Shown: positions 1 through 11,765 of the stretch, piece by piece | How positions within the stretch are numbered: the first letter of the stretch is position 1 | Layout: every line of letters begins with the position of its first letter | From: Octopus sinensis | Taxonomy: Eukaryota | DNA: 64,000 nucleotides | NCBI RefSeq assembly: GCF_006345805.1 | Contig: NC_043006.1 | Coordinates: 24,800,001 to 24,864,000 of the forward strand | Direction: 5' to 3' | Notes under the pieces: generated by a model | What the model was told of the DNA's origin: nothing | Seen by the model: only the letters and a program-made list of their open reading frames with translations | Database searches by the model: none | Translations under genes and position numbers: made by a program

Positions 1-82
1 TATTAAGCTAATCAAGTTCTTTATTTCAAACCAAACTAAGTAATAGAGACGCCAAATTTGGGCGAAATCCGTTGAAATTAGT

Positions 83-195
<113 letters not shown>

Positions 196-197
196 TA

Positions 198-706
198 CTA
201 GCAGTATCGCCCGGCGTTGCTCGGGTTTGTAAAGGAAATAACTATATAAGCATTTTTAGAGAGTTACTTCCCTTATAGATGCCAATTCGGGCTTTTTTTA
301 GCGATTTCTGTTTTGGTGTCTTCAAGCCATGAAGTCGTTGTTCTAAAAGAACGCTGGTCTCCTTGACAACGCTTTACGACGTTGATTTCCTTACACTCCC
401 TTCCCCACAGCTTCACGAGGGAGGGAAGAAGGGGAAGAAGCAAACAGGTGCAGGTGTGACCATGGACGCCAACTCCGCCGCCATCGACACACGAAAAATT
501 ATGCATTAAAATGGAATAAAAAATGATGTTAAATTATTTTTAAAATCGTAGACTCATCGTAGACGTGCGCTAATACTCAGACGGGCTCGATATGAATCAC
601 GACTATAAGATACCCGAATTTGGTTAAACTGCACCGCAAAATGTGGGAGTAGTTAGGAATCTAAATCGAAGGGGACAGACACTCACACAACTACAGTTTT
701 ATATAT
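198..706 (-). mobile_element. Non-autonomous Helitron-like element, family H1 copy A
   Basis: On the minus strand it ends in hairpin CCCGAGCAACGCCGGG + CGATACTG + CTAG followed by T; (CA)/GACA-rich 5' part; similar throughout to copies C and D. Confidence 0.85.
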
Positions 707-709
707 CTA

Positions 710-1068
710 CTAGCAGTATCGCCCGGCGTTGCTCGGGTTTGTAAGGGAAATAACTATATAAGCATTTTTAGAGAGTTCTGGGCCATAACTGTATGCTGCA
801 AGGCACGTTGCCCGATGCTTAGTAGATACAAGGCCAGCAATTTAAAGGGAAGGAGAAAGTCGTTTAAACTGACTCCCGTTACTAGTACAAGACAACAAAA
901 TTCTGCGGAATTCATTATTATTTTGACTGACACACGAAAAATTATGCATTAAAATGGAATAAAAAATGATGTTAAATTATTTTTAAAATCGTAGACTCAT
1001 CGTAGATGCGTGCTAATACTCAGACAGGCTCGATATGAATCATGACTATAAGATACCCAAGTTTTATA
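710..1068 (-). mobile_element. Helitron-like H1 copy B (rearranged, with ~150 bp foreign internal segment)
   Basis: Same CTAG/hairpin terminus at 710-740; H1 sequence resumes at 931; 778-930 is unrelated; about 75 bp deleted near the 5' end. Confidence 0.8.
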
Positions 1069-1573
1069 TCTATATATATAAAACTCTAGTTGTGTGAGTG
1101 TCTGTCCCCTTCGATTTAGATTCCTAACTCCTCCCACATTTTGCGGTGCAGTTTAACCAAATTCGGGTATCTTATAGTCGTGATTCATATCGAGCCCGTC
1201 TGACTATTAGCGCGCGTCAACGATGAGTCTACGATTTTAAAAATAATTTAACATCATTTTTTATTCCATTTTAATGCATAAAATGCATCGTATGTCGATG
1301 GCGGCGGAGTTGGCGTCCACGCTCACAGCTGCACCTGTTTGCTTCTCCCCCTTCCCTCCCTCGTGAAGCTGTAAGGAAGGGAGTGTAAAGAAATCAACGT
1401 CGTAATGCGTTGTGAAGGAAACCAGCGTTCTTTGAGAACAACGACTTCATGGCTTGAAGACACCAAACAAAAATGGCTAAGAAAGCCCGAATTTATAAGG
1501 GAAGTAACTCTCTAAAAATGCTTATATAGTTATTTCCCTTACAAACCCGAGCAACGCCGGGCGATACTGCTAG
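1069..1573 (+). mobile_element. Helitron-like H1 copy C
   Basis: A|TC 5' end at 1069, 3' hairpin then CTAG|T at 1570-1574: canonical Helitron termini and A/T insertion site. Confidence 0.88.
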
Positions 1574-2082
1574 TATATATATAAAACTGTAGTTGTGTGA
1601 GTGTCTGTCCCCTTCGATTTAGATTCCTAACTATTCCCACATTTTGCGGTGCAGTTTAACCAAATTCGGGTATCTTATAGTCGTGATTCATATCGAGCTC
1701 GTCTGGGTATTAGCGCGCGTCTACGATGAGTACGATTTTTAAAATAATTTAACATCATTTTTTATTCCATTTTAATGCATAATTTTTCGTGTGTCAATGG
1801 CGGCGGAGTTGGCGTCCACGCTCACAGCTGCACCTGTTTGCTTCTCCCCCTTCTTCCCTCCCTCGTGAAGCTGTGGGGAAGGGAGTGTAAGGAAATCAAC
1901 GTCGTAAAGCGTTGTCAAGGAGACCAGCGTTCTTTTAGAACAACGACTTCATGGCTTGAAGACACCAAAACAGAAATGGCTAAGAAAGCCCGAATTGGCA
2001 TCTATAAGGGAAGTAACTCTCTAAAAATGCTTATATAGTTATTTCCCTTACAAACCCGAGCAACGCTGGGCGATACTGCTAG
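1574..2082 (+). mobile_element. Helitron-like H1 copy D
   Basis: Head-to-tail tandem with copy C; ends CCCGAGCAACGCTGGG CGATACTG CTAG|T. Confidence 0.88.
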
Positions 2083-2203
2083 TATAGATATATATATATT
2101 ATATATATTAAGTTAATCCAAACAAGAAAGCACAAAAAAAAGCACAACAACGCGAGGACGTGGAACAAATATAGTATTATTGGACGCTCAGGAAAGAAGG
2201 AGG

Positions 2204-2238
2204 GTTTAACGTTTCGAGCGGAGCTCTTCGTCGGAAAC
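2204..2238 (-). ncRNA. Minimal type I hammerhead ribozyme-like motif in a probable Penelope-like terminal repeat fragment (~2105-2290)
   Basis: Minus strand reads GUUU-CCGACGA-A-GAGC(UCC)GCUC-GAAA-CG-UU-AAAC: 4-bp stem I, 4-bp stem II, palindromic ACGU stem III; core has a U4C variant and one extra A. Confidence 0.55.
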
Positions 2239-2704
2239 ATAGAAGAAGGAAAGATCCAGAGAAGGGAAAACAGAGGAAAAAAAAATCGCCAACTGTACAC
2301 ACGCGGTCACATTTATATATATAATATAATATAAATTAATATGGGCCACAGACACGAACACACATACACACATGTACGAAGTACACCTATTGCATGTTTT
2401 GTGCACACATGCATGTTCATAAACAGAAATGAATGGAAAAAATGTTAAATTTGTAGATTAACACTCGCACGATTTTCACTAAAAAAAATCGTTTTTTTTT
2501 GGTGTGGAATCAACTACTCTGACCTCAAAACCCTTTTTGTGGTGGAAGCCTCGCAAATTGTACCCATTTATATTGTGTAATTCGCTGACAAATTGTTACT
2601 CACCTCTTTGTTTCTTTGTTGTTAAATAAATGGATTGTCAACAAAACCCTTTTTTTACTCGGCTTAAAATAAAAACAAAACTCTTTCGCACCCGAAGTAA
2701 TGTG

Positions 2705-2744
<40 letters not shown>

Positions 2745-2894
2745 GCGGGGAGAAAGATGAACAATTTAAAATAAATAAATGATTTAAAATAAATATATTT
2801 TAATTGTTGTGTGAGAAAGTATATATACTATGGTTATAAAATATAGTGTGCCTTTCAAAAACAAAAAACAAAACATTTTGCATTTTATTTTTTA

Positions 2895-3705
2895 CTAGCA
2901 GCATAGCTCGGCGTTGCCCGGGTATGTAAGAACCTCTTGTAGGCAACGACTAATCCTAATTTAGTCCTTTCCCTCTAAGGAACGAAGGCGCATGTGTAGG
3001 TTGCAATGTCTTCTCTTCACTCCAATACTTCTGTGTATACGATGTTCCTAGCTGTCCCTTTGGGCGATAAAAAGGTCGAGTTGCGTCCCCTAGACAGTCT
3101 GTCGTTTGTGTTTAATACACAAATCAGTTTGCTATGTGTGTCACATATGATTTAATTAACCGATTTTTTCCAGTAATAAAGTATCCTATTGGAATAAAAA
3201 GGGCCATATAGCTCCTTGGAGCAGACATGATGCTCACTGTGAATTTAAAAAAAAAAATTCCTGCCAATTTGTGAAAGATATTGTCGAAAATATGTCATCT
3301 TGAATTTCAACGCGATTTCCCAAAATGGCATGATTTTATCGATTTTTTCTGATGGTAAGGTATTGCATGGAAAACTAACATCAGAATTAAGTTTCTTAGG
3401 GTAACATTAAGCTTCACCATGAGTTTGGTGAAAATCGATTGCAAGTTGCGAAAACTACAACAGAAAATGTGTTGCATATAAAAAGCTTAGATTTTCGACC
3501 CCATGTCGAATTTATCGATTTTTTTCAGAACTGGGGAAACTTTTCAAAATTTTTGCTGCGTTAGTTTTGAATTATGACATTGGGCTATGTGTGTGTCAAG
3601 TTTCATCAGAATTGGTTGAAAGCCGTGGTCAGAGTGAGGGTACAACCTGACAGACACACAAACAGACACACAAACAGACAAACTGCCGTTTATATAGAGA
3701 GAAGA
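2895..3705 (-). mobile_element. Non-autonomous Helitron-like element, family H2
   Basis: Minus strand: A|TC 5' end at 3705, (CA/GACA) repeats near 5' end, 3' CCCGGGCAACGCCGAG hairpin + CTAG|T at 2895-2898. Confidence 0.8.
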
Positions 3706-4049
3706 TGAACGTCATCACTTACTCTCTCTCTCTCTCCCTCTCTCACTTTGTCTTTCCCGTGAAACTCTCTGCCCTCTTCTTCCACTTTTCTTTATCTTAT
3801 TTTTTTTTGTTAGATGCTGTCAAAAAGTAATGGCCGATATTTTTTGTGGGGAAAAGCTATGTCTGAAAATAGATATTTACGCTATCCACAGGTGCCTCGA
3901 GGGGTGGGGGGAATAAGTTGACAAAACTCAGATAGGATGTTGACAAATGTTCTCCTAAAATTGGAGCGACATGCCTGCTAATTTGTGGACGTGCATAAAT
4001 TACAATCACTACACACACTCACGCACACACATCCTCCTTTTTATAGATA

Positions 4050-4300
<251 letters not shown>

Positions 4301-5020
4301 AGTTGTGTGAAAGATAGTTGTGTGAAAAAGTGCCACACCCTAGCAGTTGAGGGAACCTGTGGAAGAGGTAGACCCAGGAAAACCTGGGATGAGGTGGTGA
4401 AACACGACCTTCGCTCTTTAGGTCTCACCGAGGAAATGACCAGAGACCGAGACCTTTGGAAGTATGCTGTGCGTGAGAAGACCCGGCAGGACAAGTGAGG
4501 CCATAACCCGTGGCCCCTACCTGGGACGTAGTCAGTCCACCTGTGCATACCTTCCTTCTTGGGACACATAACTCTACTTGTGAAGACCTGTTGAGGCAAG
4601 TGAAAATCAAAATTGAAGAATCAAATCAAATCGAAATTGATCCACATCAATGGAATTTGTAGTTTGTGGTACCAGTGCCGGTGGCACATAAGAGAACCAT
4701 CCGAACATGGCCGTAGCCAGCACCGCATCGACTGGCCTCCGTGCTGGTGGCACGTAACAAACACCATCCGATCGTGGCTGTGCCAGCCCTGCCTGGCCTC
4801 AGTGCCGGTGGCACATAAAAAACACCATCCGAGCGTGGCCGTTTGCCAGCCTCGTCTGGTACCTGTGTCAGTGGCACATAAAAAGCACCCACTACACTCA
4901 CGGAGAAACACCGCCAGATCTGACTGGCCTGGTACAGCCTTCATGCTTCCCAGACCCCAGTTAAACCGTCCAACCCATGCTAGCATGGAAAGCGGACGTT
5001 AAACGATGATGATGATGATG
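4301..5020 (+). mobile_element. RTE-clade LINE, 5'-truncated 3' end (ORF2 C-terminus, 3'UTR, (GAT)n tail)
   Basis: Peptide [31 protein letters not shown] (G.R.RGRP..TW motif typical of RTE ORF2 ends); shared 3'UTR; GATGATGAT tail; flanked by (TA)n on both sides. Confidence 0.9.
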
Positions 5021-5259
5021 TATATATATATATATATATCAATACCTCGAATACGAATCCCAAAAGATGCTCAGATAAGAAGTTTTGTCTTTTCATCTTT
5101 TCAACCTTGTTCATCTACTTTTCTATTTCTGCGCAGATCATGAACCCCTTATTAGTTCTTTCCATTATTCTGTCTATTTCATTACCATGTCAACATGTAA
5201 ATATAGTTTCAATAGTTTCATCTTCTTTGTTGCCTTAAGATAACTATTGACACATAAGA

Positions 5260-6447
5260 GGTGCAGCAATATCAAAGGAAGGCTAACTAGGAAGATAGTT
5301 TTTGTATTTGGCAGATGCTCAGGAGCAATAAACACTGAAAATGTGCAGAGAACAACTTCCGCCACATTCCAGGGAGAAAAACTAGCGAGGGAGGGTGCGC
5401 TGAAAGTGTAGCTGCTAGAATAAAAATAGCCTGGGCAAAGTTCAGAGAGCTCCTACCTCTGTTGGTGACAAAGAGCCTCCCACTCAGAGTAAAAGGTAGA
5501 CTGTATAACGCTTGTGTATGAACAGCCATGCTACATGGCAGTGAAACATGGGCTGTGACTGCTGAGGACATGCGTAAGCTCACAAGGAATGAAGCCAGTA
5601 TGCTCTAATGGATGTGTAATGTCAGTATGCATACTTGACAGAGTGTAAGTACCTTGAGAGAAAAGTTGGACCTAAGAAGCATCAGATGTGGTGTGCAAGA
5701 GAGATGACTGCGCTAGTATGGTCATGTGGCGAGAATGGTTGAGGATAGCTGTGTGAAAAAGTGCCACACCCTAGTGGTTGAGGGATCTTGTGGAAGAGGT
5801 AGACCCAAGAAAACCTGGGATGAAGTGGTGAAGCACGACCTTAGAACATTAGGCCTCACTGAGGCAATGGCTAGTGTCCAAGACCTTTGGAATTATGCTG
5901 TGCTTGAGAAGACCCGGCAAACCAAGTGAGACCATAACCTCGTGGCCTATGGCAGTGGGGTAATCAGCCCACTTCTGTGTGCCTTTCCTTCATTGGACAC
6001 TAAACTCTGCTTGCGAAGACCTGTTGAGGCGAGTAAAATCAAAATCAAATTCGATGACTGGCATCCGTGTTAGTGGAGCGCTAAGAGCACCATTCAAGCG
6101 TGATCGTACCAGCGTCACCTTACTGGCACTTGTGCCAGTGGCACATGAAAAAACATTCAGCCGAGATTGTTGATAGCACCGCTGGACTGGCTCCTGTGCA
6201 GGTGGCACATAAAAAACACCATTTGAGTGTGGCCGTTGGCAGTATCGCCTGACTGGCCCTTGTGCTAGTGGCATGTAAAAGCACCACTCTCAAAGTGGTT
6301 GGTGTTAGGAAGGGCATCCAGTTGTAGAAACTCTGCCAGATCAGATTGGAGTCTGGTGCAGCCATCTGGTTTGCCAGTCCTCAGTCAAATCGTCCAACCC
6401 ATGCTAGCATGGAAAGCGGGCGTTAAACGATGATGATGATGATGATG
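5260..6447 (+). mobile_element. RTE LINE fragment (degraded ORF2 3' third + 3'UTR)
   Basis: LLHGSETWAV-like and GRGRPKKTWDEVV segments with stops and frameshifts; same 3'UTR and (GAT)n tail. Confidence 0.88.
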
Positions 6448-6489
6448 ACATACATATATGTGTGTATATATACATATATATACACTCAT

Positions 6490-6572
6490 ATGGTGCTCTT
6501 TGCACCCCGCTAGCACGGATGCCAGTCATCGAATTTGATTTTGATTTCATTTGCCTCAACAGGTCTTCGCAA
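6490..6572 (-). mobile_element. Inverted fragment of RTE 3'UTR
   Basis: Reverse complement of ~6010-6090 (GCTTGCGAAGACCTGTTGAGGC...GATGACTGGCATCCGTG). Confidence 0.8.
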
Positions 6573-7089
6573 GCAGACAATTTCTCCTTCCAGCTACTTC
6601 CATTCCTCATTGTTTGACCACACTTTTTCTACCAGTCATCTTTCTGTTTGACCACCACTTTTTCTCTCCTCTTCTATACTCCATTCTAAACACGTTTCTT
6701 ATCTACTATCATTCTCAGTGTCCTACTATCATAACCCATCTACTATAGTCTCTTATGTATCCCTATATCTTCCACCTTATCCCTCTACATACATCCACAC
6801 TTATTTATCATTCACTACATTAACCACGACTTGTTTACTTATCTTCTCACACTCTTTTGAAAGCATCTACTCTCTCATCTTTTCTCCTGACTCACTGTCG
6901 ATGTCCTCTCTTCTTGTTCTTTGAGAGTTTGCTCTAGCAACACATCACTATTTTTCTTTTGTCTCCTTCAGCCATTTATTTCCTTGTCTCTCTCAACCGT
7001 ATTCTACCCTTTCGATACCTGGTATAAAACCACTTACGTTCACCTCCCAAATACTTTCCTTTAGTAAGGGAGCTTTTCCCTTTCTTCTG

Positions 7090-7280
7090 TCCCTGTTCTT
7101 TTCTGTCTTGCAAGGTACCTCACTAGTGTTGATTGTACAAAAAGTGCACTCAGTACACTCTGTGAAATGGTTGGCATTAGGAAGGGTATCCAGCCATAAA
7201 AACCAAGCCAAAGATGATATTGGAGCTAAACCCATGCCAACTTGGAAAGTGGATGTTAAATGATGATAATGATGATGGTG
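7090..7280 (+). mobile_element. Old RTE 3' tail fragment
   Basis: GGTTGGCATTAGGAAGGGTATCCAGC...GGAAAGTGGATGTTAAATGATGAT. Confidence 0.75.
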
Positions 7281-7489
7281 ATACTGATAATATAAAAATG
7301 ATGGGCTTCTCACACAGTTCCTATCTACCAAATTCATTCACAAGGTATTGGTTGGTCTAGATCTATAATAGAAGATACTTGCCCAAGTTGCCACATGGTG
7401 GTTGCCAAGTGAGCTTCTTAACCTACACACACACACATGCGCGCGCGCACACACACATGCAGTCCCAAGACAGGATTTCTACAAAATAC

Positions 7490-7980
7490 CTAATTAACAA
7501 AAGAGACTGTGAAGTCCTTGGATCTCCAAGATACAACCAAAAATGTGAATTATATACTTCCATGGAAGGCATTACACATATGTTTTTTCACAGCTGCCCA
7601 AAAGTGTCATCAAGGTCATGATGTTGTTGCAAACACAATATACAATACTCTTCGGAAAAAAATATGTTCTAGAATAAAAATAGAAAATCGTACTGTTATT
7701 AAATACATACACAAATATCAACACCAGTAATTCTGGTGGAATATTCCCATCAAAATATCTGTCAACCTAATTGGATATTGTTGTTTGGGACAGACAAGAA
7801 AAAGTATGTACGATCATAGAGGTTAGCTGTCTTCTTGGTATGAATATCTCTTTGAAAATAAAAAGGAAAGAGGATAACTATGGGAAACTTCTCTGAAACT
7901 TCCACTTTCTATAACCAGATTATAAATTCATATTTATATCAATAATAATTGGTGCTCTTGGTTTTGCAAAGCTAAGGTTT
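7490..7980 (+). mobile_element. RLE-clade (R4/NeSL-like) non-LTR retrotransposon 3' fragment, pseudogenised
   Basis: Joined frames give KCELYTSMEGITHMFFHSCPK (decayed CCHC knuckle), HDVVANTIYNTLRKK, FWWNIPIK, DIVVWDRQEKVCTIIEVSC..KEDNYG and FISIIIGALG: PD-(D/E)xK restriction-like endonuclease layout. Confidence 0.7.
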
Positions 7981-8234
7981 TCAGAAAAAAAAATCAACCA
8001 AATAACCTGCACATTACAAATGCAATCTGTAAGTGGAACAGTAAAAATATGCAAGTTTAAAGTGTGACTTTATTTTTGTTGTCTACATTCCAACAATGGA
8101 GCTTCATATCTTTGTTAGAAACCAGCTCCTTCCTAAGAAGAAGAATTCAAATAAATAAGAACAGAAGTGAATATGCATACACACAAATGTGCACACACAG
8201 GTATGTGTGTTTGTGTGTGTGTATACATAAATCT

Positions 8235-8935
8235 ATAGTTGCAGACATGGCTGTTAAAGGTGTAGGTGTGGATCTTTGGTTAAGAAACTTGCTTTTCAAC
8301 TATGCAATTTTGGGTTTAGTCCCACTGCATGGAATCATGGATAAGTGTCTTCTACTATAGCACCAGGTCAACTAAAGCCTTGTGAGTGGATTTGCTACAT
8401 GGAAACTGAAAGGAACACATTTTGTATGTATATGTAAATTGCCTGAGAAACCTGGCAAGACAAGGTCCCAGACATGGAGGTCCTCTCTTGAGCTGATTTG
8501 CCAAGCATTTACACTCTGCTGAGGAGATAGCAAGTCAGATGGGCAGGCCACCTTGTTTGAATGCCTGACATGCAACTCCTCAAAAGACTGTTTTACAGTG
8601 AATGGGCAGAAGGCAAGTGCACACAAGGTGGATAGAAAAGGTGTGTGTGTGTGTGTGCATGTCTGTCTGTCTGTGTATATGTGTATGTGTTTGTGTGTGT
8701 TCATATGTGTGTGTGTGCGTGTGCGTGCATGCACGTATACCTTTGTGTTTGTCACCTGCCACTGCTTGATAACCAGTGTTGATTCGTTTATGTCTCTATG
8801 ATTTACTGGTTCAGCAACAGAATAAGTACTAAGATTAAAAATAAAAATAGTACCTGAATTGATTTGTTCAACTAAACCCATCAAGACACTGCTCCAGCAT
8901 GGCCACAGTCCAATGACTGAAACGGGTAAAGATAT
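8235..8935 (+). mobile_element. tRNA-derived SINE family B, old copy split by an insertion (~8430-8760)
   Basis: Head and body 8235-8430 and 3' part 8760-8935 match full copies at 30176 and 31099. Confidence 0.65.
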
Positions 8936-9014
8936 ATCTATTCAAATCAACTGCAATAGTTGGTACAAAACCGTTGGTAACATTCTGTCAGGTATATTTA
9001 TATTTATTCAAATA

Positions 9015-9470
9015 TATATTTCTTTACTACCCACAAGGGGCTAAACATAGAGGGGACAAACAAGGACAGACAAACGGATTAAGTTGATTACATCGACCCC
9101 AGTGCTTAACTGGTACTTAATTTATAGGCCCTGAAAGGATGAAAGGCAAAGTCGACCTCGGCGGAATTTGATCTCAGAATGTAACGGCAGATGAAATACC
9201 GCTAAGCATTTCGCCCAGTGTGCTAGCGTTTCTGCCAGCTCGCCGCCTTAAAGAATAATCTTTTCTACTCTAGGCACAAGGCCCGAAATTTTGGGGGATG
9301 GTGGCAGTTGATTAGATCGACCTCAGTACGCAACTGGTATATAATTAATCGACCGCAAAAGGATGAAAGGCAAAGTCGACTTCAGTGGAATTTGAACTCG
9401 GAACGTAAAGACAGACGAAATACCGCTACACACTTCGCCCTGCAGGCTAATGTTTCTGCCAGCTCGACAC
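9015..9470 (-). mobile_element. Two adjacent tRNA-derived SINE family A copies (Deu/Nin-like central domain)
   Basis: Reverse complement of GAGCTGGCAGAAACG..GAGTTCAAATTCC..GCCTTTCATCCTTT..TAAGTACCAGT; the two copies have different 3' tails. Confidence 0.85.
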
Positions 9471-10335
9471 CGTTTATTCCAATATATGTTTACACACTCA
9501 GACACACTCATGCCCATCCACATACCTGTGCACATGTGTGTGTGAATGTGTGTGTGTATGTGTGTGTGTATGTGTGTGTGTGTATGTGTGTGTGTGTGCA
9601 TGTGTGCAGCAGGATAGAAATACATTTTGTCCCTGTATGTAATTACATACATACATGCACACATATTTTTATGAATATTTCGTTTGGGCCTCACTAATTC
9701 ACAATCCCTAGCATTAGTTTTTCAAGTAATTTGTCTTCGAACCAGAACAATACACTATTCCAAATATTTAACCTTTATCTAACAATATCAGTTTTGTTCA
9801 GTTGGTTGAACTGGTATAAAGATCATCCCGAGTACCTTAACTTATTTTTTTAATTCAGTGAATTTGATTGACAATTCAAATATGTTAGAGACAAATATTG
9901 TCCCAATTCATTCATACTTACATTTTACAACTTTCTTTTTCAATGTCCAGTGCAGATATCTACCATTTCTTCTAACAGTTTATATTTATCATTACTAAAG
10001 CTTTCTCTAATATATATTATTTGTATGTTGTAAGATTCTATTTAAGCTTTTGACATAAGCTTTAAAATTAATGAATGTACAAGAAAATCATTTCAAACTT
10101 TTTATCAGTATTTCTCTTATGTGACTGCTTGTAGGGGTTTTTTATCAGTTAGAAAGGAATTTTTTACTCCAATGATATTGTAAAGACCAACTAGTCCCAT
10201 AAACCTCTTCAAAATTTAGGTTAACCAAAATGATTAATGAAGTAGTAAATGGAGGAAACTATGCTACAGAACAGTATATTTTAAGTTGACATGGAGGGAA
10301 ATGCTGTTTTATACTAAAGTTTGGAGTGAAGAATA

Positions 10336-11024
10336 TCTATATATATAAAACTCAACTTGTGTGTCTGTGTGTGTATCTGTGTGTGTGTCTGTGTGTTTAA
10401 CGTCCCTGCACATCTCCTCCTAGCCAACAAATCGTAGTACCACCAAAATGGGTCACTTAAAGTTTAGGCGAATGAAGATTGAACTGCGCTATTTCTGTTC
10501 CGAAATTCATCTCGCAAATGCAAAAATCGATAATGTGTTTGTTTAGGCCTTATCCTATGCATTGAATAGTGAACTTCACGCAGTCAGCTGTTTGATGTGA
10601 ACTGTGTTCACCACGCGTGCAAGCATGCGTAAATTGCATGAAAAATAAAAAATCAAGATATAAAAACGAATCGCTGTAAACATTGTAGAAATTCGGCAAA
10701 GAAATGAATTTTCAGGATGTAGCCTGGAGGTTTTTTTTGTATTAATCGTTTGGACTTTGTGAACACATACCAATTGTTTTCATAACATTTTTAATGTTTT
10801 GAATTAAATGTGACCATTTTGCATTGAGTCTGCAGTTTGAATCACTTTAACCAAATTTTAGCAGGCCGGATTTTTGATCATCACGATACATCGCCAGCGA
10901 CTCCCTGAAACTCTCCCCTGAAATCCCCATTGAAAAATTTATTATATATATAATAATACTTTGAATGTGACTCCTGAGAAAGAGTAAAAGTAATTATCCG
11001 ATGAACGACGGGTATTACTGCTAG
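10336..11024 (+). mobile_element. Non-autonomous Helitron-like element, family H3
   Basis: A|TCTATATATATAAAA 5' end, (TG) repeats near 5' end, imperfect hairpin CCGATGAACGACGG then TATTACTG-CTAG|T. Confidence 0.78.
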
Positions 11025-11559
11025 TTAGATATAAATCTGAATCTCCATTTGAATAACAATAGGTAAGTTCCCGCTGTAATTTAGTTTTGAGTTATTAAAA
11101 TATTCTGAATCACATGTTCAGGTTGTAGAGCTACCAATGAATTGCTTTGACAAGTCAAACATTGTAACTCTACTTGTCTCAACTTATATAGTTAAAATCA
11201 GATTGTAGCAATTTCATAACTGATTGGTATTAAGCAGGGTAGCCATGTGATGATTAAGTGGTCTCCTAGTAACAGATTTCAAAAATTAGTTTTGGTATTC
11301 AAATTTGAATCTGGTTAAATTGACCAAATCTTAGGGTCAGAACTTGAATCTTGTAACTCATGCTGTAGATGTGGCTAATATACTTAATTAGCTGTAAATC
11401 ATTACCATGAGGAGGTGCAGCTTACTATTGCTATCAACAAGAGCAGTTTAATTGGGGATTTTCATTGACTTGTAGTTCTGAAGTAAAATTTGTACCATGA
11501 GGCAGAGTCTTGAAACATTCTTCTGAGGTTAATGAGAATAATTAGCTACTGGTGGATAT

Positions 11560-11765
11560 CTCTAAAGAAAAGTAATTTCTACTCTTCTCCTCTGGAAGCC
11601 ATCTACTCGCAATACCAGAGGGCGCACACTCTCCTACCCTGATGTAATCTCCAGGGATACAGGCATCCAGCAACAGGACCTCTGTAATGCTATGATGGAC
11701 CGTGAAGTCTGGCGTAACATAGTATATTCCATTGTCTCGACCACGGTCGAACAATGATGAATGAT
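11560..11765 (+). mobile_element. 3' fragment of a second RTE-like LINE family
   Basis: Matches 32850-33043 (..GTCTCGACCACGGTCGAACAATGATGA). Confidence 0.8.

Noticed and set aside
40-72. CGCC-AAATTT-GGGCG followed by AAA, resembling HHR stem II + GAAA
   Set aside because: No CUGANGA-like core upstream and no stem I or III.
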